Assembly: GCA_964016885.1 (NCBI GenBank)
Contig: OZ024750.1
Coordinates: forward strand, 48,422,001-48,486,000
DNA: 64,000 bases
Direction of reading: 5' to 3'
From: Eledone cirrhosa
Lineage: Eukaryota
Made by a program: the position numbers and the translations under genes. The notes below the pieces were generated by a model. The model was not told where the DNA came from and did not search any database. It saw only the letters and a program-made list of their open reading frames with translations. Positions 29,355 to 41,411 of the stretch are shown here, piece by piece (the first letter of the stretch is position 1; each line of letters opens with the position of its first letter).

Positions 29355-29957
29355 GGTGGCTGCCAACTCGTTTTCGAGTACGGCCACTACGTTATATCCA
29401 TGTAGGAGAACCCCTACCGATGCGCTGAACGAGTGTGAATTTTTAGTCCAGCCAGCGACTTGAAAACTCTGGTACAAACACTACACTTGTGACAATTATT
29501 GACACAGTGCTGGGCCCATGGTACTATGTGACGGCAAGTGCAGAGAGATCTGCAGATATAAAGCAATGCCTGTGCCGTGAAGCTTTTATAGTGAGCAAAG
29601 GCACTGCACAAAACCAGTCCCACTCTCTTAACCAAGATGATATTTACCAAAAAGAAGAACAAGTCAACATCATTGGATACCATTCAGGATTGCAGCTGTT
29701 ATATCAGAGTTTTCCTTCTCCTAGAATTCTGCCTTGACAGGGCTAAGAGGTCATCTCTCCCAGTGATTTTGGATGGCCATTGACTCTTAAGAGCTCCTTT
29801 TCCCTTTGACAGGTTTTGTTTTTAGTCCTGCAGGATGTCCAAAGTCACCCTCCTCACCAAGAAACCTTGGTGCGGTTGCCAGTTTAGTCGCCAACGACCC
29901 GACCATGAGACAGGTTGTACTGGGATACATGTTACCAGTAGCACCAACTGGTGACCT

Positions 29958-29960
<3 letters not shown>
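29355..29960 (-). mobile_element. Internally deleted (non-autonomous) RTE-type LINE derivative in (TA)n
   Basis: RTE-like 5' UTR motifs (GTCG..GGCGACTAAA; CTAGGAGAAGGAAAACTCTGA) joined to a C-terminal C2H2-like [22 protein letters not shown] and a short 3' UTR. Confidence 0.65.
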
Positions 29961-30015
<55 letters not shown>

Positions 30016-30054
30016 TACATTCACACACACACATATTAATGAATATATATGTAT

Positions 30055-30088
<34 letters not shown>

Positions 30089-30118
30089 ATATATAGATGT
30101 ATATTTATATATATATAC

Positions 30119-30158
<40 letters not shown>

Positions 30159-30249
30159 GTATACACACACACATATATATATATATGCATATATATATGC
30201 ATATATATATATGTATATATATATATATGCATATACATATATATATATA

Positions 30250-30335
<86 letters not shown>

Positions 30336-30655
30336 CGTGTGTATATATTGGCGTTAAGTCTTTCATTTTTTTTGTTTGATGTGCGAGAGACTCTTCGTGG
30401 GTGTGTACATATTTCTCTATTCCAAAGATTATGTTTTTTTCACTCATACTGTGTTCTCTGTGATACATGAAAACATTCATATTCGAGAAGTCACTTTTAA
30501 TGAAGGAATATTGATGTGTATTTAGAAAAAAACAACAAAAAGTATATATACACAGACACATATACATTTATATATCTTTTATATATATATTGAGATTTAT
30601 TGGCATTCACATATATCTAATCTCTATCTATCTATCTATCTATCTATTTATTTAT

Positions 30656-30723
<68 letters not shown>

Positions 30724-30729
30724 GTATCT

Positions 30730-33549
30730 AATTTAGTAAGGTTCTAGCTGCGGATAGGAATAGGAAGGAAAGGGAGCTAATAGATAGAGTAGAAGAGGCA
30801 ATTAGAAGCGGCGACGTGGCCAGAGTGCTAGCGTCGAGAACGGCTTTGAGCCAGTTTTTCGACGCGAAGCACGAAGGCTGCGTTGTCCGAAGTAAAATAC
30901 GTGCTCTAGGGAACGAGGGGACCAAAGCTGTTAGCTGGGCCCGCGTGACAGAGGCCAACAGTGGAACTAAATCCACCATCCGGTCTTTGCGAGACCTGGA
31001 TGGACGGGCGATTCTTGAGCCTAAGCAGATGTGTGAGGCCTTTCAAAGGCACTTTGCCCGACTGTTCGGGAGGGGCGGGGAGCCGGTTGGGAACGTGGAC
31101 TTCGGTCCATACCTCGACGGCCTGCCGCGCCTCTCGGACAGGGAGGCGAAGTCCTGCGAGGAGCCGATTTTGGCCGCTGAGATAGAGGACGTGCTGAGCC
31201 AATGCGGCAAACGCAAATCCCCGGGTCTCGATGGTCTTCCTTACGAATTATATCTAGCCATGCCGGACTTGTTCCCCGATCTCCTCGAGGCGGTCTACTG
31301 CAACTGGCAACAGAACGGGAGAATTCCCTGTACTGTGACCAAGGGCGTAGTCACGCTAGTGAGGAAGGACGAGAACAAGGGGGACGAAATAAGTAACTTC
31401 AGGCCCATAACACTGCTAAATACAGAGTTACAGATTTTGGCCAAGGTGCTAGCAAAGAGGTTGGCGCTTGTCGTGGGCAACCTGGTGGGAGATGCGCAGA
31501 CATGCGCTATCCCGTCCAGGTCCATCCATGACAACCTCCACCTCATGCGATACATCATAGAGAGGGTTGGGAACGAACCCGGCTTTGGTGGGGCTCTGAT
31601 CAACTTGGATCAATCTAAGGCGTTCGATAGGGTCGACCATGGTTACCTGGATGCGGTGCTAGCGGCGGCAGGCTTCGGACCCGTTTTCAGGGGCTGGATC
31701 ACTGCTATGCACAGCAGCCGCATCTGCTCTAGGGTCAAGGTGAACGGCTACCTCTCGGAGCCGTTCAAAATCGCGCGGTCCATCCGACAAGGGTGCCCTC
31801 TCTCCTCCCTTCTGTATGTGTTGACTCTCGAGCCACTACTGCGGAAGTTGGAGTTGTTGCAGGACATCCCTTTGGAACCGGGATTGCGGAAAGCGGTGTC
31901 GGCCTACGCCGATGACGTGACAGTAATGGTGTCGACGGCCTCCGAAATCGAGGCGGTCGGCACCTTACTGGAGGAGTACGAAAAGTTCACAGGGGCTAAG
32001 CTGAACCGAGACAAGTCGATCGGTTTGCAACTCGGCACGTGGAGGGGCAGACCGATGCCCTCCGATAGCGTCGTCGGACGCTGGACGGAGGGCCCGGTGA
32101 AGTTGCTCGGGGTCTGGTTCGGACCGGACCTCCAGGTGGAGAAAAACTGGGCGGAGGTTACGAACAGGGTGTTTGCACTGACCCAGAAGTGGGCCAGTTG
32201 CAAACTATCCCTGAAAGGTCGGGCGGAGGTGGCGAACACCTACATAGCGTCCGTCATCTACTACCGCCTGACCGTAGTGCCATGCCCAAGGGAAACCCTC
32301 ACCAAGATGGAGCGCGCGCTCTTCCAATTCCTTTGGAAGAGGCGGGCTCCTATGGTGAGGAGATCCATCTGCTGTCAACACCCTTCGAAAGGAGGGCTGG
32401 GGATGCCGTGGCTAATGATGCGTAAACACGCATTAAGGCTACGGCACCTCTACGTATTCCTCACCGGACAACCGGTGTGGGCCTCGTTTGTGAGACGAAC
32501 CTTTCCCAGACTCGTCTCACTCACCGAGCTGCAATCCTGGGTCAAGCAAAGACCGAGAAAACTGGGCGCCTGGCACACTGAGTGTGCCCAGGCGCTCACC
32601 GCCCTCTGGCAGGCGGATCCGGTTATCAGTGGAGACTCCACCGCAACATTCTATAGAGGGCTGGTACGCAGCAGGTGCGACGACGCCCTCGGAGAAGCCC
32701 TAGACATGGAGGAGGACGAACTGGCCAGCCTGTTCGGTAGGACATTCAGCCCGGGACCTATGGACAACTTCCAGAAGTCCCTGGCCTGGCAGTGCTACCG
32801 AGGGGCTTTACCCGTTCGAGAAAGGCTCTACAGACACGGGCGCCCGGGTAGGGACCCCGCCAAAAAGATCTGTCCCAGATGCGTGTGCGACGAGGAAACC
32901 GTTGCACACGCATTAGTACACTGCTCGGGCGTAGCCGATCTGTGGGGCTATGTCGAACAACTGCTGTCAAGGGTGGGACCGATCCGGTTGACCACCGAGT
33001 CTATTGTAATGATCAAGCCGCCTCCCCCCTTCAAAGATGAAGCAGAGGCGGTGTTTCTGTGCGTAATAGCCATGGCGAAAGAGGTTGTATGGTGGACGCG
33101 TCTGAAAGGACTGAGGTCGGGCACCTTTCTCTCTGGCCAACAACTGGTCCGTTTCTTCCGATATCATTTCGGAAGAAGGATCAGGGTGGAGAGAGAGGTG
33201 CTGCACCCCAGCCGTTTCTATGAAAGATGGGTGAAAGTGGCGAGAATGGCCCGTGTGAATGGGCCTTCACTCTACATCAGACTATAGGTGAGGAAGATGA
33301 AAGACCAAGGGAGCACCCCTTCTCTGTGCTCCTGAGGAGAAGGGTTGCACACTTTTTTCGGGGGTGTGTGCGACCTCCCAAGGCGCCTCCTCTCTATTGA
33401 GGATTTTGTTAAAAATTTTAGTTTTTGTTATATCTTATTTTATTTTATATTTTGTTATTGCCTCCTCCTTATTGAGGACGCCTTTTTGTGTAAACTCCCC
33501 CCTTTGTACTTGTCCCACTTTTGATGCTCTAGTGGCAAATAAAAGAAAT
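30730..33549 (+). mobile_element. 5'-truncated Tx1-like (L1 clade) non-LTR retrotransposon in (TATC)n
   Basis: GC-rich block with sharp edges; (TATC)n at 30625-30729 and 33551-33605; 3' UTR ending AATAAAAGAAA. Confidence 0.92.
30732..33287 (+). CDS. ORF2 reverse transcriptase with C-terminal CCHC zinc knuckle; APE endonuclease lost by truncation
   Basis: KSPGLDGLPYELY, FRPITLLN, LDQSKAFDRVDH, RQGCPLS, AYADD, HPSKGGLG, CPRC..ETVAHALVHC; the frame is open from 30732 (FSKVLAADR...) upstream of the listed GTG start. Confidence 0.93.
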   Translation, partial: FSKVLAADRNRKERELIDRVEEAIRSGDVARVLASRTALSQFFDAKHEGCVVRSKIRALGNEGTKAVSWARVTEANSGTKSTIRSLRDLDGRAILEPKQMCEAFQRHFARLFGRGGEPVGNVDFGPYLDGLPRLSDREAKSCEEPILAAEIEDVLSQCGKRKSPGLDGLPYELYLAMPDLFPDLLEAVYCNWQQNGRIPCTVTKGVVTLVRKDENKGDEISNFRPITLLNTELQILAKVLAKRLALVVGNLVGDAQTCAIPSRSIHDNLHLMRYIIERVGNEPGFGGALINLDQSKAFDRVDHGYLDAVLAAAGFGPVFRGWITAMHSSRICSRVKVNGYLSEPFKIARSIRQGCPLSSLLYVLTLEPLLRKLELLQDIPLEPGLRKAVSAYADDVTVMVSTASEIEAVGTLLEEYEKFTGAKLNRDKSIGLQLGTWRGRPMPSDSVVGRWTEGPVKLLGVWFGPDLQVEKNWAEVTNRVFALTQKWASCKLSLKGRAEVANTYIASVIYYRLTVVPCPRETLTKMERALFQFLWKRRAPMVRRSICCQHPSKGGLGMPWLMMRKHALRLRHLYVFLTGQPVWASFVRRTFPRLVSLTELQSWVKQRPRKLGAWHTECAQALTALWQADPVISGDSTATFYRGLVRSRCDDALGEALDMEEDELASLFGRTFSPGPMDNFQKSLAWQCYRGALPVRERLYRHGRPGRDPAKKICPRCVCDEETVAHALVHCSGVADLWGYVEQLLSRVGPIRLTTESIVMIKPPPPFKDEAEAVFLCVIAMAKEVVWWTRLKGLRSGTFLSGQQLVRFFRYHFGRRIRVEREVLHPSRFYERWVKVARMARVNGPSLYIRL

Positions 33550-33550
33550 A

Positions 33551-33605
<55 letters not shown>

Positions 33606-34239
33606 GTATCTATATATCTATCTCTCCCACCTTCCCTCTCTTTCTCTCTTTCTCTCTCACTCTCTATCTCTCTCTCTATATATATACATATAATCATCAT
33701 CGCTTAACGGCTATCTTCTATGATATATGTATATATACATATTCAAATTTAAGATTCTCGAATATTAATATAAATTTGGATTCGTTTGCAATCTTGCAAA
33801 TAGCCTATTGACGTCATGTAAGTAGAATGACCGCCATTCTTACTTTTGTGTTAGCATAGAAACAGAACGTCAGATACTGATATTTCTCGGTGCTTACCCT
33901 TCACAGTGCCTTGTAATGCCTACCTGCCGACTGTCAGAGCTAGTAAAAGCATACGATATTTTCTGGCATATAGAGTGATCGATCAGATTGATTTGCATAC
34001 TAGCGGACTGGCTGATAAGTCATATCTGCATGTAAGCAGACCCACTGCTCAGCCAGATTTGTATATCCCAGAAACATCAGCACATGTCGTTCTGTTTATA
34101 TGCCAAAACAAGAGCAAGAATGCCGAGATAATTCTACTTATATGGCTTAAAGAGACTGTTTACTTGATTGCAAATGAATCGAATATTATTGTTAATATTC
34201 AAAAGGTTTAAATTTACATGTCTTGCATTTAGCCATGTA

Positions 34240-36440
34240 GAGCGATAAAACTCTTTTGGGTGTATGGTTAGCATGTTAAGGTGTTAGAATATTAACTTAT
34301 GTTAAGGTTTATTTAGCTCTGGTTTTATTTTCGAATATAGAAGGTGTTATGTGTGTGTGTATGTATGTGTCTGTTTGGATGGTTAACATGTTATGGTGTT
34401 AACATGTATATTAAACTATATTTAATGCTGGTCTACATTTTTGAATAAACATATTTTCCTTATTTATTCGTGTTTGTTCTGTTGTATTGTTAGCGCAAAG
34501 ATAAAATGGGAAGACTTGGAATTTGGGCGTCTTATTACTTGCGCTTATGTTTAGATGTGCACTGATTGGTATATTTCTTTTGGTAGGGTCTCGTAATTGT
34601 TGGCTATGAATTGTCATTCTGTTTCTGATTGTGAGTTTAGTTTCTCCTATATAATCTTCATTGCATCCTTCACATTTAATGGCATGAACCAAATCTTTTG
34701 ATAAGCAAGTGAAGCGATTTTTTACAACAAACTTTTATCCTGATTCAAATGTATACATGTTGCCCTCAATGAGATGAGTGCTGGTTCCACAATTAGAGCG
34801 ACCACATTTTTTGACAGTTGTTTAGGGTTTGTGGTAGATAATTTGGCATTGATGAGTAATGTTTTTAGTGATTTTGGCTGTCTTTTGGTTTTGATTATTT
34901 TGTGTGTTTCAAGAAGTTTTTTTTCATTCTTGGGTCTTGTTTCAACAGTGGGATGTACATGTGAATAATGTTGTAAGCTTCTGCATTTCTTGGGTTGTGT
35001 GTTGAGATATATGATAGAATATTGGACATACCTTGAATCTGTTTTTCATTTCGTAATTCATCAATGCCTATTCTTTAGCCCTTTCTATTCCATTATGTAT
35101 TAATGATGGTGGGTACTGTCTTACGAGCATAATTTCCTTTAATACCGGAGGTCTTTTATTTCGCGTTTCATAATTGGAGACAATTGTGCAAATTATTCTT
35201 GCTAGGTTAAAAGGGATGTTCGTCTTCGTGTGCTTTGGATGGTTGGAGGTGAATAGATTGATTGGAATCTGTTGGTTTTTAGTGTATGTCCGTTTCAATA
35301 TGTGTGTCTTTTTTATGATTAAGAAGTCCAGAAATGGGAGTTCATCTTGGCTGTATTTCATTGTGAATTGGATGTGGTTATTGATGCCGTTAATTACATT
35401 TTTCAAACCATTTAGTTGGTCGAGTGTGTGAGACCAAAGAATAAGACAATCATCCAAGTATTGTTTCCAATTCTCTGATAAATATTTGTGGAAGTTCAAT
35501 CCGTATTTTGATTTTTAGTGTTCCCATATCTGGACTTCCAAGTATGCCATGACTAAGGGGGCATAAGTTAGAGTGACTTTTGTACCCATCGCAGTCCCGA
35601 TATTTGCTCGTAAATGCTGCCGTCGAAATAAAAAAAGGTTATTCTGTAAAATAATGTTTAATCCCTCGGTGATGAAGCTTTTGATAGGTATCTCATTGGG
35701 ATATTTCTCTAGCCAGAATCCCATTGCTTTTAGTCCGTATTGGTGTGGGATCGTTGTGTAGAGATTCATTACATCGAATGACACAATGATAATGTCGTTT
35801 TGACATGTTTGGGGAGGTCCATATCATCTCTTACAAGGCTTGGTATGTGATTGAGAATTGGTTTTAGTAGTATGTCTATAAAGTTGCTTAGTCTTGTCGT
35901 TTCACATTGTGTTCCGCAAGTCACTCTAACTTATGCCAACTAATTCACGGCATACTTGGAAGTCCAGATATAGGAAAATTAAATACAAACTGGCGCGAAA
36001 GCTGATGTGCTTATTCACGTGACTGCATCAACCAATCAAATTTCACTCATATATGGAAAAATAATCTGAGCCCTCCAGTTCTTGAAGGCAAATATAATAA
36101 AAACTTTGTAACGAGAACTGGAGCGAAATTTATTATACTTATTGACATGACAGTCACCAACCAACCAAATTACTTCTCTAAAAACCTGGCATTTCGAACC
36201 ACATTTTGCCATATAAAACAGAAGTAACATCCGAACACCAACCAGATGTGAGAAAAACTACAAACCCTCCATCTCAGTTCTACTTTTGAAAAGCACAAGA
36301 AATGCGAAACCGGTAAAGGAACCAAATAAATATATTTAAAAAACAAAAGACTCCAGTTGAATTATCGATTTCATTTATTTCCTTATACTTTCACTCGTGT
36401 AGGACACCGCGGTTTTTTTTTCATTTTGTAAAAAAAACTC
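34240..36440 (-). mobile_element. Decayed Penelope-like element (RT + GIY-YIG) with inverted pLTR at its 5' end
   Basis: Minus-strand SFDVMNLYTTIP, GTAMGT, YLDDC, LPFLD, HAIKCEGCNEDYIGET; 35975-36440 is the family 3' tail in opposite orientation. Confidence 0.9.
36278..36321 (+). ncRNA. Minimal HHR motif with U3-A8 core in PLE pLTR (copies at 5667-5708 and 61304-61344)
   Basis: UUC(UA)CUU-UUGAAAA-GCA(CAAGAAA)UGC-GAAAC-CG-GUA-AAG-GAA; palindromic stem III ACCGGU. Confidence 0.6.
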
Positions 36441-39070
36441 AATGAAGAGTGATTGACATACTTGTTTCTCGCTTGTTAGCGTTTATCATGACTACACTCT
36501 CACTTGCTTCTTCAGAGATTGATAGGAGCTGGATTCTAGCGATGTATACATAAATTTATGTATTTGACAATCTTAAATATTACTGGAATTCTCTAATATA
36601 CCATTTTCTATAAATCTCGGCAGAAGCAAGGGAGCGAGTGATTTTGATAAACGCCTTCGAGCGAGAAACAGGTCTGTCAATCGATTTTCTTTGCTTTTCT
36701 GCAAGCAAGTGTAATGTGCATATTGATATTATACGCAAATATATATGCATGTAGATATGATTCATCAAATAACATCGTAATTTACAATATACACATAAAT
36801 TGAAAGAAGACTGCGTTACACTGCCATATGTAATCAGTAACGTAATCCATGATGCATTGAAAAAAGAGGATATTATATATAAACTGCATTAGGAGAAAAT
36901 TAGTGACGGAAATATATGAATGTTTATTTAAGCAATCACTAACCGGAAGTGTTGACATTTGAAAATGTTCAAGAAGTTAATCTTTAAATAAAATATAAAA
37001 TATCTTTAATCAACAGCTACGAAATTTAGTAGATGACTTATGTAATATTCATTCATTATGTATCCAAAGTAATCCAACTTATTTTACTAATGGGATAAAG
37101 AAAATGATAAACCGTACGCAGTCCCGCACGCACTCCTTACTTTATTATAGTTTAGATAATGTGAGCTTACTAATCATTTGGGAGTACGCGTAGTCCATTT
37201 GTTTGGAGTTGTGTATCACACACACAACCCAGATAAGATTTATTCAACACATGCAAACTTGGACAATCGAACGTAACCTGATAATTAACTAATCATATAT
37301 ATATTTATAGCATCATTATTAAGATTTATTCGTTTTACATTCATTCGCTATATTTTATCGCTATTCCTGAATTAGAAGCATCCTTGTCAATTCCTTGATA
37401 ACTAATTCTAGAAGAATTAGGTCATATTGTGTTAAATCATCATACACTAGCATATTTATAGAGTTTTAATTCAAATCAAGAAAAACAAAATCAATTATTA
37501 ATTTTGCTCAAGTTTTGCCCGGTTTTACCCGCAAAAACTAAATAATAGAAATACAATAACATAAAATAAAATTAATAAAAAATGATGAGACGTAATAAAA
37601 CAGATCAAATAAACGCTGAATCAATAATCAAAGTAAAACAAATTTCGAAACAATATCCGTAAAGTTAAAGTATTTAAGATCGATAATATATTAATGAAAG
37701 AGCGTTTGAGATCACAAAAAATTATAATGTATCGATCTAAATCTATCCAGATTTGATCAAATTAAATTTCTCTCTCTCATCCTTTTTACTTTTTGCTTTT
37801 CAATTTTAGTGATAGGATGAAAATCTTGAGAGTAAACTAGTCTAATTTTAGAAGCAGCCGAGATTTTGGAAATGTACTCGCAAGTCAGTCACGGAATTAA
37901 AAAAAATATATTAGAAAATTACAAAAGTAAAATCAGACGTTTTACGAATTGCAGTGAATTTTCTTATATAAATTAATTCCCTACAGATTGCATATCTTCA
38001 ATAAAACTGATAGTTAATTTCACTGCAGTCAGACAAATGTGCTTATTCGCCTTCTCTTTCGCTTTTTTTTTGATATTCATTCGTTGTAATTATCGACCCG
38101 AAGAATTGTACATCTCTTATCATTTCACTCAATGACCAGCTTGTTCGGTGAACAGTTAAAGTATTTTGTGTTATGTAGCCTGCTTCGCCAGAATAATTCA
38201 AATATCCTCCTCGTAACAATGACTAAATTATTCACTGCAAATGCCCAATAGAATTCCATCACTGCTGCAAAGCATAGATAGAATCATACTTGCAGATCTG
38301 AAATATCAATTGAGAAAAACAATGGAAATCAATTGAGTTCCTCACAGACCTAAATACATGGAATACTCTAATACAATTGCTTTGTGATTAAAATGGTGGT
38401 AGAGGGAGATATTTAACTGATGTAAATGAAGTTATTTAACATATGAAAAGCATTTAACGCTTAAGAGGTTTATATAAAATAAGTAGAAAAATGCATATGA
38501 TTGTTAACGACTTGTAGCTAATATAATACATGTCATGCAATTACAATTTTGAAACAATGACAGTGTTAGAATTTGCCAGGATCTAAAGCAAAGTTATTCA
38601 AACTTTATAAAAGCTCAATTAATAAAGGACTAACATCTTCAACTTCACATTATCCTCTTTATTAATATACTCCGTCATCCTTGTTTTTACGAAGTAATAT
38701 GACGTTGAGTGCTAGAAGTGAATTGCAGCCTTGTATACCGAATGTATTTAGCTCCCCATGTTGAGCACTTTTTGATACAATCCAACCTGATGAAGTAAGG
38801 CAAACTACACTCGAAAATACCCCAACAGTTGGACACACCTAATGGTGACGGAAATTTACTATGAAACAACTTCCGAACGGATTAATGGGAGAACCAACCA
38901 CAACAAATACCCCTTATTCTACATGCCACACCCTGGAAGGCAGATCTACTGCCCGGTCGTACCCTGCCTCATATAGCCACGGAGAGGTTGTGAGTTTCAA
39001 CCGGCTGCAACTGAACTGACCGAAACACCCGACCCTCTATAACTCGCCCCACTCAGACATTTATCACCTA

Positions 39071-39947
39071 CTAGCAGAATAGCCCGGCGTTGCTCGGGAT
39101 TCTAAACATGGATTGGCATGTTTATCCCTGCTTTCTGAAACAGTACAGAGAAGTACGGAATATATCGGCCTGGAGATGATGTCTACATTTTGTGCTTATA
39201 CAAAAAATTCGTCGTAGATTACTAGGGGTTTAATTTAATTGGGTGCCTGAGAGTAAAATGTTCAACCCACGAAATTTAAGTAAAAAGGCATTCGACAAAT
39301 CGAACATGTATTTGTTGTGCTATGGTACAATGAAAGCAATAGTTACAGAACAGTAAGATATGTGTGACTGCAGTGGTGGAGAGCATGAATTAATGTAGTT
39401 GGATACTTTTAAAGTTACAGGGCCTAACGCAACCAAAATGCTAAACAATGCGGTCCCTGGGCAAACATTTCAAATCTTTTTCAGTCGAGGAAGTACGTGA
39501 AACACAAGTAATGCATATGCAAAGTGTTAAAAAAAAATCGGTTGGGTACTTCTCGAGTTATAGGCTCTAACGCAATCAAAATGCTTTTAAAAATCGGTTT
39601 TTCGCCTAATGCAGTCACTGGGGCAAAAACTGAGAACATCTCTTTTGCTAAAAATACTTTAAACGACATTTTAAACGACATAAGTAATGCAAATGTTGAA
39701 GAAATCGCCTGGATCATTGTTCCGTTATGCCTAAAAAAAGCAGTGAAAGCCTAACCTATGCGGTTTTTGGCCTTATGCAGTCCCTAGGGCATTGCACATT
39801 TGAAATATTCTTGGGTCTAAACACTCAAACCACCATAAACATTACATGTATAAAGTTTGAAAAGAATCAGTTGAGTAGTTCTCGAGATTTCTGGAAACAG
39901 ACAGACAGACACAGACATACAGACATTCTCTGTTTTATATATATAGA
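39071..39947 (-). mobile_element. Non-autonomous Helitron
   Basis: Minus strand starts A|TCTATATATATAAAA with (CTGT)n, ends with hairpin CCCGAGCAACGCCGGG then CTAG|T; no TSD. Confidence 0.85.
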
Positions 39948-40024
39948 TTTTCCTTCATCTTTTTACCTGCATTTCTACTCCATTCCCTCTATAATTTCTT
40001 TTTATCTTTACATATATACACACA

Positions 40025-40093
<69 letters not shown>

Positions 40094-40116
40094 ATATATA
40101 TATATATATATACATG

Positions 40117-40146
<30 letters not shown>

Positions 40147-40147
<1 letters not shown>

Positions 40148-41008
40148 TGCGAAACTTATTTGGGTTTCGAGGTTCAAATTCGTCTACAGAACAGGTTTGA
40201 ATATTGAAATTTAAATATGTCCAGGAATCATGGCTGTTGCCAATATAATATTGTCTTTATTGACTTATATCGAGACAGACAAATTGTATTCACTTTTATT
40301 AGTTTATTTCATTAATAGCTAACTTTGTCTGTTGCAATGTAAACACATTTCGTGTTTATCGTACACTTTAAATGTATTAACTGCTCGGAAGAGACCCTTC
40401 CTGGAGCTTAATTATTGTAAATGACTGAGAGTTTATTCTCAAAGTATAATATAGTGTATTGCTCCTTTATTGTATGAGCTGATCCTTAATCCTGCATAAG
40501 CGGCTGTTATTTCTAGCACCGTGAATGTGGGATAGCTAGTTTTGGCCTGCCTACCCACGTGTAGTCAGTCCTGCAAAATATTTGATGTGTGATAAACTAA
40601 TGTTACTGGATTCCTGTTGATAAGCACAGAAGATTTGGGTATTTCACTCTTTTATTTCCATTCCATTTCGATTCTCTTTATTTTTCAATTCACATTCCAC
40701 CGTTGCGAAACTTATTTGGGTTTTGAGGTTCAAATTCGTCTACAGAACAGGTTTGAATTTTGAAATTTAAATATGTCCAGGAATCATGGCTGTTGCCAAT
40801 ATAATATTGTCTTTATTGACTTATATCGAGACAGACAAATTGTATTCACTTTTATTAGTTTATTTCATTAATAGCTAACTTTGTCTGTTGCAATGTAAAC
40901 ACATTTCGTGTTTATCGTACACTTTAAATGTATTAACTGCTCGGAAGAGACCCTTCCTGGAGCTTAATTATTGTAAATGACTGAGAGTTTATTCTCAAAA
41001 TATAATAT
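40147..41008 (+). mobile_element. Element with ~305 bp near-identical direct repeats (period 556) and a candidate U3-A8 HHR
   Basis: TTGCGAAACTTATTTGGG at 40147 and 40703; UUGAUAA-GCA..UGC-GAAAC..GUC at 40617-40740 with imperfect stem I; (TA)n flanks. Confidence 0.7.
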
Positions 41009-41009
41009 A

Positions 41010-41095
<86 letters not shown>

Positions 41096-41411
41096 TATAT
41101 ATATTCATTAATTAATTTATTTATTATTTATTTTCTTTATAATCCCTTTCATCCCTTTCATCATTACTCATTTGTATCCTTTCTTACATTTACCCTTAAA
41201 TCATCAATGTATTATTTGTCCTCACCAGATTGACCAGGATATCAACTACTTGATTATTCTTACATCCATTACATTAGTTACTTTAACACTTGCCGGTCAT
41301 TCTCGACAAGAAGCCATCTTTTTTCCAGTAGGGGTTATAACAAGTCAATGTCCAGCTCTGAACCCAATCCATAATGCAAATATACACTTTGCCAATTAGA
41401 TATTATTCTTA

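Noticed and set aside
29860-29960. Canonical HDV-like, twister or pistol ribozyme at the RTE 5' end
   Set aside because: P3/L3/P1.1 geometry does not fit HDV; the pistol-like pseudoknot partner CCAA is sequestered in a local hairpin; kept only as an unclassified structure
30728-33206. Antisense and alternate-frame ORFs within the LINE
   Set aside because: Expected shadows of a GC-rich coding region; no motifs
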